A DNA stretch of 64,000 bases from Heteronotia binoei. Lineage: Eukaryota. A program made the translations under genes and the position numbers. This document shows positions 33,449-45,075 of the stretch, piece after piece (within the stretch, counting starts at the first letter, position 1; each line of letters opens with the position of its first letter). The stretch spans positions 37,820,001 through 37,884,000 of the forward strand of contig NC_083233.1 in assembly GCF_032191835.1 (NCBI RefSeq). Direction: 5' to 3'. The notes under the pieces were generated by a model that saw nothing but the letters and a program-made list of their open reading frames with translations, was not told the origin of the DNA and ran no database searches.

Positions 33449-35251
33449 GTCAGGATTATAAATGCAGGAAATCTAAAAGGTTAATATGCAATTAAAGGGC
33501 CAAACATTAAAAACAAAGTGTAAAAAGGGGAGGAGGGCGGCATCTGGGAACCTTGGTGAGGAGATGCCAGTGTTTTATAATAACTTCCTTTTCCTGTCTT
33601 GACCTGCCATCAAATGTTAAGGGGATAATTAGTCTTTCAGTTTGACTTTGTCTAGTTTTAGGGGCCAATAAGGATGACCTGCAGGTATTTTTTGCTTTGT
33701 GATAAGCTTGTTTAACTATTCTGGAGGAGTAACCTCTCTCCCTAAACTGTCTCATCAATAAAGAAGCCTGTTTAACAAAATCAGAGTATTGGCTGCAATT
33801 CCTTCTCAGTCTCAGCATTTGAGAGTATGGTAGATTCTTTTAAATGTTGGGGGTGGAAACTGTCACTGACAAGTAAGGAATTAACATCAGTTGGTTTTCT
33901 GTAAGTGTCAATCTCAATCACATTGCCCACTCTCTTCACTACCACATCCAGAAAATAAATGGTATTTTTATCACAATTCATCTCAAATTTAATACTATCA
34001 TGTACGCTATTGATGAATTGCTGAAATTCAACCAGTAGTTGTTCTGAGCCTCTCCAGATTAAAAATATATCATCCAAAAATCTTTTATACATAATGATGT
34101 TGTTTATTGCCCCTAAAACTAGACAAAGTCAAACTGAGAGACTAATTATTCCCTTAATATTTGATGGCAGGTCAAGACAGGTAAAAGAAATTACTATGAA
34201 ACACTGGCATCTCCTCACCAAGGTTCCCAGATGCCGCCCTCCTCCCCTTTTTACATATAGAAGATCTAAGAACTTGAAGGATGTTTTAGTTAACAGCTGA
34301 TTAAAATCCATTCAAACAAGACAGATGGGAGTGGATGGCAGGGACAGACCAGTAGGTAGCTTTCCATGTGGGGGCTGCTCTGTTTGCAGTTTAATGCATT
34401 GCACTGATTCGTTTCTTGACTCTACCAAGCAGAAGAAGTATTTCATTAAGTCATTCCTTAATTGTAATTCCAAATCAGTTATTTATTGTATAATCTGCTG
34501 TGATTTAATGTACATTGGCTATACAACTAGGACTGTGAAAACCAGGATTTGTGAGCACAGAAGTAACATCTGTCTTCAAAGGAAGAATGCTCCCTCGGTG
34601 AAACACTGGACTTCATCAAATCACTCTGATAAGCACCTGCAGTTCTTTGTCTTGGAACAAATACATGCTCCAAAATTACAGCTTGACAAACGTCTGAAGG
34701 CCAGAGAGACATTTTGGATTCACACTCTACGGACTTGAACACCTCATGGTTTGAATGAGGAAATTGATTGGTTTTGTGTATAATGGAGAGAAAATTTTGA
34801 AATTATTTTTGTAACTTTTTAAAGTTTTCCATTTTACCTGTAATGTACCTGTAATTTCCAATTTATCTTCCCTCATGACCTTTGTTCTAATTACATCATG
34901 TGCTTTGATTGGGCCAGGATTGCATCATCTGGTTCCTAGCATTTTTAAGCTTAGCACCAGCTTCAGTGCACTACACACAACTCTCGGCACATAGGCTCTG
35001 ACTTTACTTGATCAGTTCTTGACCACGTGGTGAGACAACTGATTAAATTTGAAATTTATGGTTTTATTCGGTATTATTTTTAGTGTGGTTTAACTTATAT
35101 TTTGGTTAATATTTTGTTCTTAGGCATACAAAAAAACTCTGAATGCTATAGGTATGCTCTTGATTAAGACATAAGGCTATAGAACAAGAGGCCTCAAGAA
35201 TATCTCTAAGCCTTTGTCACTTCACTGTAAGTAATTAAATAACACGGGTTA

Positions 35252-36565
35252 TTGAGGAAGACTCAGCATGGGTTCTGTAAGGGAAGATCTTGCCTCACTA
35301 ACGTGTTACATTTCTTTGAGGGGGTGAACAAACATGTGGACAAAGGAGACCCGATAGATGTTGTTTACCTTGAGTCCCGGAAAGCTTTTGATAAAGTTCC
35401 TCATCAAAGGCTCCTTAGAAAGCTTGAGAGTCATGGAGTAAAAGGACAGGTCCTCTTGTGGATCAAAAACTGGCTGAGTAATAGGAAGCAGAGAGTGAGT
35501 ATAAATGGGCAGTCTTCGCAGTGGTGGACGGTAAGCAGTGGGGTGTCGCAGGGCTCGGTACTGGGTCCCATGCTCTTTAACTTGTTCATAAATGATTTGG
35601 AGTTGGGAGTGAGCAGTGAAGTGGCCAAGTTTGTGGATGACACTAAATTGTTCAGGGTGGTGAGAACCAGAGAGGATTGTGAGGAAGTCCAAAGGGACCT
35701 GTTGAGGCTGGGTGAGTGGGCGTCAACGTGGCAGATGCGGTTCAATGTGGCCAAGTGCAAAGTAATGCACATTGGGGCCAAGAATCCCAGCTACAAATAC
35801 AAGTTGATGGGGTGTGAACTGGCAGAGACTGACCAAGAGAGAGATATTGGGGTCGTGGTAGATAACGCACTGAAAATGTCAAGACAGTGTGCGTTTGCAA
35901 TAAAAAAGGCCAATGCCATGCTGGGAATTATTAGGAAGGGAATTGAAAACAAATCAGCCAGTATCATAATGCCCTGTATAAATCGATGGTGCGGTCTCAT
36001 TTGGAGTACTGTGTGCAGTTCTGGTCGCCGCACAAAGGATATTCAAAAAGGATATTATAGCATTGGAGAAAGTCCAGAAAAGGGCAACTAGAATGATTAA
36101 AGGGCTGGAACACTTTCCCTATGAAGAAAGGTTGAAATGCTTGGGACTCTTTAGCTTGGAGAAATGTCGACTGCGGGGTGACATGATAGAGGTTTACAAG
36201 ATAATGCATGGGATGGAGAAAGTAGAGAAAGAAGTACTTTTCTCCCTTTCTCGCAATACAAGAACTCGTGGGCATTCGATGAAATTGCTGAGCAGACAGG
36301 TTAAAACGGATAAAAGGAAGTACTTCTTCACCCAAAGGGTGATTAACATGTGGAATTCACTGCCACAGGAGGTGGTGGCGGCCACAAGCATAGCCACCTT
36401 CAAGAGGGGTTTAGATAAAAATATGGAGCAGAGGTCCATCAGTGGCTATTAGCCACAGTGTGCGTGCGTATATATATATATAATTTTTTTTGGCCACTGT
36501 GTGACACAGAGTGTTGGACTGGATGGGCCATTGGCCTGATCCAGCATGGCTTCTCTTATGTTCTT
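35252..36565 (+). mobile_element. 5'-truncated CR1 LINE (RT domain to 3' end), frameshifted
   Basis: QHGFCKGRSCLTN, KAFDKVPHQRLL, GVSQGSVLGPMLFNLFINDL, KFVDDTKL; 3' CTTCTCTTATGTTCTT end. Confidence 0.92.
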
Positions 36566-36719
36566 AATTTTAAATATTATCCTTAAATAGCATGAAAAAA
36601 TATTTTTACAAATTTATAATTTTTCTCTTTTATATTACAGAAATTTCCTTGTGGTCCAGCATTGTTCTATTGCTTTATTCTGTTCTGTATTATGAACCAA
36701 TGTGTGTACTTACCTTTCT

Positions 36720-36761
36720 GACCTCTGAAAAAGATTAATTTAGGTCAAAACACGTCAGGTC
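36720..36761 (+). ncRNA. Degenerate minimal type I hammerhead ribozyme in the PLE pLTR
   Basis: GACCT-CTGAAAA-(stem II)-AAAA-CACGTC-AGGTC: stem I GACCT/AGGTC is intact; core G8 and G12 read A. Confidence 0.55.
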
Positions 36762-37386
36762 GAGTGGGTTCCCATTGAGGTTTTATGATTTTTATATAGG
36801 ATAGAGGCTTATGATGGGCCCTTAAATGGTTTTAGCTTTTAACAATAAATACATGTATGTTGATTTATGATTTTTTTACACTTTGTTTTTAATGTTCGGC
36901 CCTTTAATTGCATATTAACCTTTTAGGTTTCTTACTCCAGTTTTTGGATTAAGTTTCTTTCCTTTCTTTGTTTTTCCAAGATTATAAATGCAACACATTA
37001 AAAAGACCAATAATCTGTGCACATCTAAACCCAGCCCAACCTGAAAATATAATCTAAACTAGGAAGGGTGGAGTGGGGTAGGGTGGGGTGGGGTAAAAAA
37101 GATGACTATTTCATACATTTCTGGCATAATGCTAAAGTGACTGGCCAATGATTTTAAAGATATGAACCCATTTAAAATTAAACTGAGTTGTACCATACCC
37201 TTATTCTGAACAAAATTCACTTTATACTTTCCCCAATTGAGACATATATATGTTCTGTGCTTTTTGAATATAGAAAAGGAGGTATACCAAGCTACCCAGC
37301 TGGCAAGAGTTCTGCTGTAATCACCTCTTATTTCTACTAAAAGCTACATGCAACTAGATATGATTTTTAGTTTTATTTGTTGCATG

Positions 37387-37552
37387 CAGGCCTCTGATTC
37401 AGTAGGCGCTCACAGGAGCACACTTCTGAACCTTTCTGAGAGTTCCACCTCCTCGTCTGAGAGTTCCACTTCCTTGTCCATTGAATAGTAGGTGCAGCTG
37501 CATAAATCCCTGGATGAGCTCCACCACCTATTTTTCTACAAAATGACCCCTG
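37387..37552. mobile_element. 166-bp hAT MITE
   Basis: Perfect 8-bp TSD GTTGCATG (37379-37386 and 37553-37560); ends CAGGCCTC / AAAATGACCCCTG. Confidence 0.8.
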
Positions 37553-40024
37553 GTTGCATGTATATGTCACCTTTTCATTTTAAAAGTCCTTGTAAATTGG
37601 GGAAAGGGTATGTTAAGCACCAAATAGCTGGGTGGAATAAATCTTCTCTTCACTCATGCTTTTCTCCTGAAACCGATTTTTTACACTGCTTTTTTCCAGA
37701 AGGGGTTACTTCTCATCTCAGATATCCCAAAGAGAAAAACAGCTAAATAAGTGTGTGTTTGGGGGAGAAAAATGTTCAGTTGCCCCTTTTTTATATGCCT
37801 ATGCAGTGTCTTAAAGACCCTTGCACCATCCCTTTGTAGAGATTCAGCAAGCAGGGCTCCCAGGATCTTATCAACTTTTGATGACCTGTCGCTATGTTTC
37901 AAACAGTGAAATTCCTGATCTCTGTAGTATAAATAAAGTTTGACTTCATAACAAAACATTACAAAAAGTTAACAGAAAAGGCAGAAGTGAAGAGAACATG
38001 CTCATTCATTTAATGCAAAAATCAAAGTCTGTTTATTGAGTGTTGTGGAGCCACCTATGGGAAGCCCAAAGGGTGTACAAAACTATTTACATGGTTGTAT
38101 CAGTGTTTATACACACACAAATATATGGATATTCAGAGGTAAATTTTCTGCCTATTCTGGTAAATTCTCAGAAAGGGGTAAAGTCTTGAGCCATACATTC
38201 AGAAGTTCACTGACAGATTGAGCTGCCCCTGGGAAAAGGGACGGGGGGGGGGGAATGGTTTGGGTGTTTTTTTTTAGCAGGAATGCACAGGAACGCAATT
38301 TCAGAGGGTGTGGCCTAATATGCAAATCAGCTCATGCTAGGCTTTTTCTACAAAAAAGGCCTGTGAGAAACAATGGTGAAATCAGGGGGTGTGGCCTAAC
38401 ATGCAAATGAGTTCCTGCTGGGCTTTTTCTACCAAAAAAGCCCTGCATGGAACAGTGACTCATTCAGCTATAAGGAATCAATATGCAAAAGTTGGAATCG
38501 ATCCTGTATCTCTAACAGCAATGTGTAAAATAGGATTGTAACATTTCTAACATACCTTTTGCCTGTTCTTTTCATATCCTTATGTCTAATACCCAAGGGC
38601 TAGCTCACTGTGCTAATAAAAAAGTCTCCAAACTGGGTCTAGCCCTATACAACTGACAGTTCTCCAATCTCATAAACACCTTTTAGGTTTGTACAAAAAA
38701 TGTAAATTGTTACTAGAAATGGGACATGTATGAAAAACAAAAACATCAAAAGTCCCATAGTTTGGATGACATATTGGGTTCCTGTAGCAACCCAACGTGG
38801 CTTTGTGGAGGAAGCAGCAGTGAAGGTAAAAGTCTGTGGAGCCAGAAAAACAATGTATGGGCAGTAATGAAGGAAGGAGCCAGCAACAGAGAGGAAAAGA
38901 AAACTGAACCAGTGGGGACTGGCATTTTTTCTCTCACAAAGAAGTCTTTGTGGGTCCTGTTGTTAAGCCACAGTGAAACAGAAAAGGAAGAAGACAAATG
39001 GCTATATAATATCATCTAGTTTTATTAGCACACTCTTGGAAACATACAGCCTGAATCTATGAGTGTCTCCTAAATTATCCAGTGCTGTTTTGTATATTTA
39101 AATTTACTATTGTAATTGCTAATTTTTGATGGTTGAATCAGAAGGTGCTAACCCAACAAGCAAAGATATCAAATAAACTGTTCACACACAAACAAAAGTT
39201 ATATATGTAATTGCATATCAGGCCACACCCCCTGATGCCAAGCCTGCCAGAACTGCATTCCTGTGTGTTCCTGCTCAAAAAAAGCCCTGGTCGAGATTAT
39301 AAATGGGGACTCATACCCAGCTGGCAAGATTATAAATTAATTTTTATATATATATAAACCAGGGATATAGAACACCTGACAATTTGAAAATCACGGGAAA
39401 CTCTGAAATAATTATAAATAATCGTAATTACAGTGCAAGGGTAAAATAATTAAGATGCATGATGGAAGGAGGAAGTCAGATCACAGTCCAAAAACCCTTT
39501 AATTGTAGGTGTCTTGATACAAGTGTGTATATGTGTGTGAATATATATATATATTCAGTATTTTAAAGGTCAGCATTCCTGCCTGTGGGTCCACAGTCAT
39601 GCAGAGGAGTTAATCCCACCTTATCTTTAAAAGTACCTTATGCAGCTACAGACTGCATTCTTAGCTGCCTCTGGAAGAGGACATAATAATCAGTAGAGGA
39701 AGGAGAAGTCATGGTAATGAGCTCTCCTTCCTGTACAGATTACCTCAGCGTGAAGCCATGTATCTTTTTTAAAAATGCCACTGAAGGCTATAGTTGTTTC
39801 TCAATAACTATGCCTAAGTGTGCACAATCTTATGACTTTCATATATCCTTCCAAAAGCAGAAAAACAGCTATGAACAGCTGAGGCAAGTCTCCTCTGAAA
39901 ACAACCTGCAACACATGATTTATGAGCAACTAAACCCTTACATTTCAGAAGCATGAATTCTAACACTGCTGAAATAGGTAAGATTCCCAAACTAATACAC
40001 TTTTAAGACATTAACAGCCCTTTC

Positions 40025-41050
40025 ATGTTTTCCCTTTAAGACCAACAAAGTTTTATTCAAAGTATAAGCTTTCATGTCCACACATACTTCTTCAGATACA
40101 CAGAAATGAAAGTTAGTCCATACATGTAGGTAGAGGATGAGCAGCAAACGAGCATAAGCATAATAAATGGTATTTAACAGATGCCAGCAATGCCCTTTGG
40201 TTCTCTTCATAGGGTAAACAGGTCAAACCCTACGCCTAAAGATAAATGGACACAAATCTGACATCAAAACTCACAAGACTGAGAAACCTGTAGGAGAACA
40301 CTTCAACTTTTCCAGGAAAGTCAATGGGAGACCTCAAAGTAGTTGTTTTATTGCAAAGGAACTACAAGAACAGACTAGGAAGGGAAATTACTGTTGCAAG
40401 TTATTACAGCATTCATAACAATGGAATCTCCAGGACGTAACAGGGATAATGGCTTTTTATCTCACTACTTAAGCTAACCTCATTCAGTCTTTACATCTGT
40501 ATTCTCACCAACAAGGGTTATAAATCCTCTATTTTATTTGGAATAGTACATTGGTATCGTAATTGTAATGTAATGAAATGACCTGTAGAATGTAATGTAA
40601 TTTAGAATCGTAGATTGGAATTTATTTCTCTGGTCTGGGGACAGAGTACATTGCACAGCCAATCACCCCACCTTAAAGAAAAGTATGCTGTAAAATGACC
40701 TCCATGCTTGAGGAGATGGATGGACTGTAATAACAGAGTCTCAGTTAATTACTCTCAGCATTCCACAATTCAGAACGATAGACCTGCCCATCTGTCTCTG
40801 ATTTTGATATATTTATTTACTTCGCAGTTTCCCCCAGGAAATAAACCCAAACAAATCGTGACCGTATAAACTAAACTTGTTATTTCAATTTGGTCTTTGC
40901 ATGTGTTATACCTATGTATGGACTAGTAACTTTCATTTCAATGTATCTGAAGAAGTGAGCATCCACACAAAAGCTTACACCTTGAATAAAACTTTGTTGG
41001 TCTTAAAGGTGCTACTGGACTCGAACTTTATTCAGACCAGCATGGCTATC
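40025..41050 (+). mobile_element. Second Penelope-like remnant: GIY-YIG fragment between inverted pLTR segments
   Basis: 40205-40470 decays from 'GQTLRLKINGHKSDIKTHKTEKPVGEHFN...NRDNGFLSHY'; 40030-40135 (-) and 40913-41010 (+) are inverted copies, each with CTGAAGA...(G/A)AAAGCTT. Confidence 0.7.
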
Positions 41051-41577
41051 CACCAGAATCAATGTCCTCCCTTGTTAAAGCAAAAACTAAGGCTTGTGCA
41101 ATAGTAGTCTAATGAGATAGATATCCTCTCAGACTTGTTTGCCAGCTCTACAGACAGCTTATGAAGGGACTTCAGGGTGAGGTCAAGAGGCCATCATCAG
41201 CCCGTCCATTCTTCCCTGCTCTCTCAAAGCCCAATTATATTACAATATAATGTCTATAACTGCCAACCTGAATTTTAAGCAATTGTTATGTTGGAGGACC
41301 AAGACATTTAATTTAAATTGGATAAAGGCTGTGGGTAAATCTGACTGCCTTCAGAGCTGAAAACATGCTGTACAACTTCAGACACAGCAACATGTGCCAA
41401 CATTTAGCTGGTTGGCATACTGGTCAATTGACCAGTCAAGTATTGCCGACTTTCCATTTATTATTTGACAGGAGCCAAAACTGGTAAATATCCCATGAAG
41501 TTAAAAATACGATGGCAATCTACCTTTTTTGCAATTCATTATAACTTAATTTGTTAACAAGGGCAGGTGTGAAAGCT

Positions 41578-41782
41578 GGGGAGGGACGGTGGCTCAGTGG
41601 TAGAGCATCTGCTTAGTAAGCAGAAGGTCCCAGGTTCAATCCCTGGCATCTCCAAAAAAGGGTCCAGGCAAATAGGTGTGAAAACCCTCAGCTTGAGACC
41701 CTGGAGAGCCGCTGCCAGACAATACTGACTTTGATGGACCAAGGGTCTGATTCAGTATAAGGCAGCTTCATATGTTCATATG
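41578..41782 (+). mobile_element. tRNA-derived SINE (family B)
   Basis: A-box TGGCTCAGTGG, B-box GGTTCAATCCC, CR1-like tail CAGTATAAGGCAGCTTCATATGTTCATATG. Confidence 0.85.
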
Positions 41783-42770
41783 TTTGCTCTTAAAACACTC
41801 CAGCATTCAAGCCAACCCTAGCAGAGTGGCAAAGCAGCTCCTCCTTCCAAACTGGTAGAAGTGGCCTGCTGTGTATTTAGAGCATTTAGGTTTTTTAAAT
41901 GGCTGCCATTACTTTGTTTTAGTTTCAATTTTTTGCTTATTTTTTGAGAAGATGACAAAATTACAGTACAATGTTAAGCAGAGTTCAATGGATTTAGAAG
42001 GGTGTAACTCTGTTTAGGATTATTCTTTTAATTACTATAGCTCAGTAGATATGCTCTATGTTCTTCTGATCATGTGTTTGATCAATGAGCAAAGGGGGGA
42101 GTGGGTAGTAGTACACTTGGCTCTGTCTCTGACCCCATGTGATCATTGGTCACAACCCAGCAATCACATGGAGCCACCGCATTCCTACCCACTCTCCTCC
42201 ACATACAATCAGTACTTATTACCAGGCTGGAATAATTTATATTTATACAAACATTAACATTATAAAGTTAGAAAACTCATTACTGGCTTTTAAAAGTTAT
42301 TATTTGCAATATTTCTGTGCTGCTTCTTCAGAGTCCTGCTTGAGGTAGTTTACAATTGAAAACCACAAAAAGTAATTTAAATGCAAGCCATTGGATAGAA
42401 GCAGCAGCAGCAGCAAAAAAAAAGTATACATAGAATAGAAGCAGACTGTTCAAAAGCAGACAAATCCCTTAATTAAAAACCCAGGTAAAAAAGATTTGTT
42501 TTAGCCTGGTAAAGAAGATGCCAGAGGCTCAAGGAGGAGACTGAGCATTCCAAATATGAGGTGCCATCACAGAAAATGTCCTGTCTCTAATTGCCATCTC
42601 CCTCACTTCTGAAAGCAGGAGCACAGAGTGCAGGGCTTGAGAGGCAGGTCAAGTCCCCTCCCCCCCAATAATAGTTAATTTTATATTTCTAATTAGCACC
42701 TGACTCAACCCTTTGATTACTATAATATCTTTTTGCTGCTCTAATAAAATTAATGCTGTAAAAATAAAAA

Positions 42771-42878
42771 AAGGTAAAAGTAGTTCCCTGTGAAAGCACC
42801 AGTCGTTTCCGACTCTGGGGTGACATTGCTTTCACAATGTTTTCACGGCAGACTTTTTACAGTGGTTTGCCATTGCCT
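42771..42878 (-). mobile_element. Sauria-SINE-like 3' fragment
   Basis: Reverse complement of 43020-43133. Confidence 0.7.
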
Positions 42879-43007
42879 GTAAAAATACTTAAGTAATATT
42901 TGACTAGTCAACTGACCCAAACTTTTTTTATGATTAAATGGCAAACCCACCAGGGCCCATTTATGAAATTAACATAGAATTAAGTGTTAGAATTAAGGGA
43001 GAAAGTG

Positions 43008-43133
43008 TAGATGACTGGGGAAGGCAATGGCAAACCACCCCGTAAAAAGTCTGCCGTGAAAATGTTGTGAAAGCAACGTCACCCCAGAGTCGAAAACGAC
43101 TGGTGCTTGCACAGGGGACTACCTTTTACCTTT
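43008..43133 (+). mobile_element. Sauria-SINE-like 3' fragment
   Basis: ...GGTGCTTGCACAGGGGACTACCTTTTACCTTT tail. Confidence 0.7.
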
Positions 43134-44189
43134 AAGTGTTATGACTGGATATTTTGGCATAAACTCCTGTGCTACAAATACTAGGGCACTGAGAAGATCT
43201 GATAAAAACAAACAGTACTCCATCCCACTTTCAATCAGAATAGAACTTGAAACATTTTATACAACCACTATTTCAGCCTCATATAGAGACTTAACACATT
43301 CTGCAAACAGGAACTCAAGGGTTGTTTTAAATCAGTAAGTTCATGGAATCAGATGACGTGATTTAACAAACTTAGAAGGAAATCCAAATACTGATCTGAC
43401 CAAACATTCCAAAACATTTCATCAGTCTACAAAACCCACAAAATGAACAGGTTTTTATAATTAACGCAGTTCCATACCCAACTGCCTTGTCTGAAGGATT
43501 AATGCAGTCTTTGAATGCAATAAATATCCTATACAAAAACTTGTTTATGTAATTGTCTTGGTGGTATTAACACCTCTTAAAGGGGTCACAATCAGCTCAA
43601 CAACTTGTATTGTTGATTCAGGATTTCAAAAATAATAAACGATATTAACAATAATACATACACCACTGTTTACATCCCATTTGGTTGTGGTTCACCTTCC
43701 TAGGTACCCCTTTTCCTTCACTTGGCATTAAGGTTTTCACCTTTTAGTTCTCAAAAAAACTTTAGTACCTCTGAGCATGTTCCCCACCCCCCACCCCGGT
43801 GATATTTGGGTTGGTGCTGAGGGGAATCATCCCATCCACATATGGAGTCGAGCTCCTCTGGGGAAAGTGAAAAATAGGAAAGAATGAGTTTGGAAGCAAC
43901 AAACACTGACCACATGAGTTCCCTGCTTTTATATCCTCCCTTACCGGCAAACAACCCAAGAAATGTAATTTTTAGCCAAGCCACTGAAATTCGAACTGAC
44001 TGGCATAAGTTTTAATTTCTAAACCGAATACTTGGAAGCACCTCTCTTTGGGAGTTGTTCCCCCTAAATCCATGACACACGAGCACTCTCAAATGCAAAT
44101 CCTGTGATAGAAATACACTTTGCACCACCTCAGAGGCATTTTTTAAAATACTTCTATATTATGCTCCAGGATTAAGCCTCTCGTGATAT

Positions 44190-44660
44190 CGAAAATAAAA
44201 ACCAAGGCGAAGGGAACAAGCGAAATTAAGCTATAAATCTGGCTGTTTAGTTTTCCTTCCCTTTCTGCCTACCATCAAAGCACTCTGCAGCCACGAAAGC
44301 TTTTGCCTGCGTACAAGGCTACTTTTGTACAGCTCCCGAGGCAAGTGTCGCGAAAATGCTCCTTCTTTCCCCCGCCCTATTTTTTTACCTCAGAGGCGGA
44401 AGGGAAAACCAGCTAAGGGTTTGTCAGTCAAAGCACGGAAAGCGACAGGAGCGCCCTCCTCCCTCTTGCGAGGGAGGTGTGGAAGAAGCACGGAAGACCG
44501 GCCGCCGGATGTGAGTGGCCGAGGAGCGACAATAACATCTGCGGCCCGGCCTCCATTTTGGTAGGGCTTGACGGTGATTGTGGCTGCAGGCGGCGGTAGA
44601 TTGGGAAGAAGGTTGAAGGGCGGGATCTTCTCGCCTGCTGAGGTAAAAGGAGGCGGTAGG
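44190..44660. promoter_or_regulatory. CpG-island promoter of EOLA1, probably bidirectional
   Basis: Only CpG-rich stretch outside repeats; ETS cores (CGGAAG ~44396 and 44491; CCGGATGT ~44506); YY1-like CCATTTT ~44553; plus-strand donors GTGAGT at 44511 and GTAAAA at 44643; minus-strand donor at 44388. Confidence 0.65.
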
Positions 44661-45075
44661 TGTTTCCCTGCTGTGCTAGTTTTTCGTTTAAATGCATGAA
44701 GCTGTTTCATACTGAGTCAATGCTCTTTGCAACTGGATTTTACTGGGTGAAATGGCAAAATCCGCTTGCAACCCGTTACTGGAGTGAATTGAAACTGTAT
44801 TATTTAGCTGCATGTGTGAAAGCGTATTGGTCTATCAAAGTCAACATTGCCTACTCGCTCAGTGGGTCTTAGAAAGGCTTTCACTTTGCCCGTTGTCAGA
44901 TCCTTTTAACTGAAGATGCCAGGGTCGTCTTCATACAAAGTAGATGCTGTACTAAATTTGCAGCAGGAAAGTGGGTTTTGTTTGTTTGGATTCCCCAACG
45001 ACAGTCTGAAGTGGTGCAGTCTTCTATCACCTCATTCTTCAAGGTGTTTAAACTAGATGTTACCCGTCTAAGAAA

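Larger units (their letters stand above)
33467..36979 (+). mobile_element. Penelope-like element insertion with an inverted 5' part, interrupted by a CR1
   Basis: Minus part 34092-33526: RT end (YKRFLDDIFLIW, FLDVVV, YRKPTD, HPQHLK, MLRLRRNCS). Plus part 34106-34738: linker and GIY-YIG domain (CGGCSVC, VIYCIICCDLMYIGYTTRTVKTRICEHRS, RETFWIHTL). 58-bp inverted repeat at 33468-33525 / 36874-36931; candidate 13-bp TSD GATTATAAATGCA (33454-33466 and 36980-36992). Confidence 0.85.

Noticed and set aside
37681-37959. 92-aa minus ORF with an acceptor-like start
   Set aside because: No recognisable homologue and only weak donors.
41578-41655. tRNA-like heads (also 62413, 3465, 30818) as tRNA genes
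   Set aside because: No acceptor stem or terminator, and they continue into SINE bodies with LINE-derived tails.
44390-44710. Minus ORFs over the CpG island as IDS exon 1
   Set aside because: No signal-peptide/NSTT-like sequence, and the frames stop before or at the donor; no sulfatase exons seen in the window.
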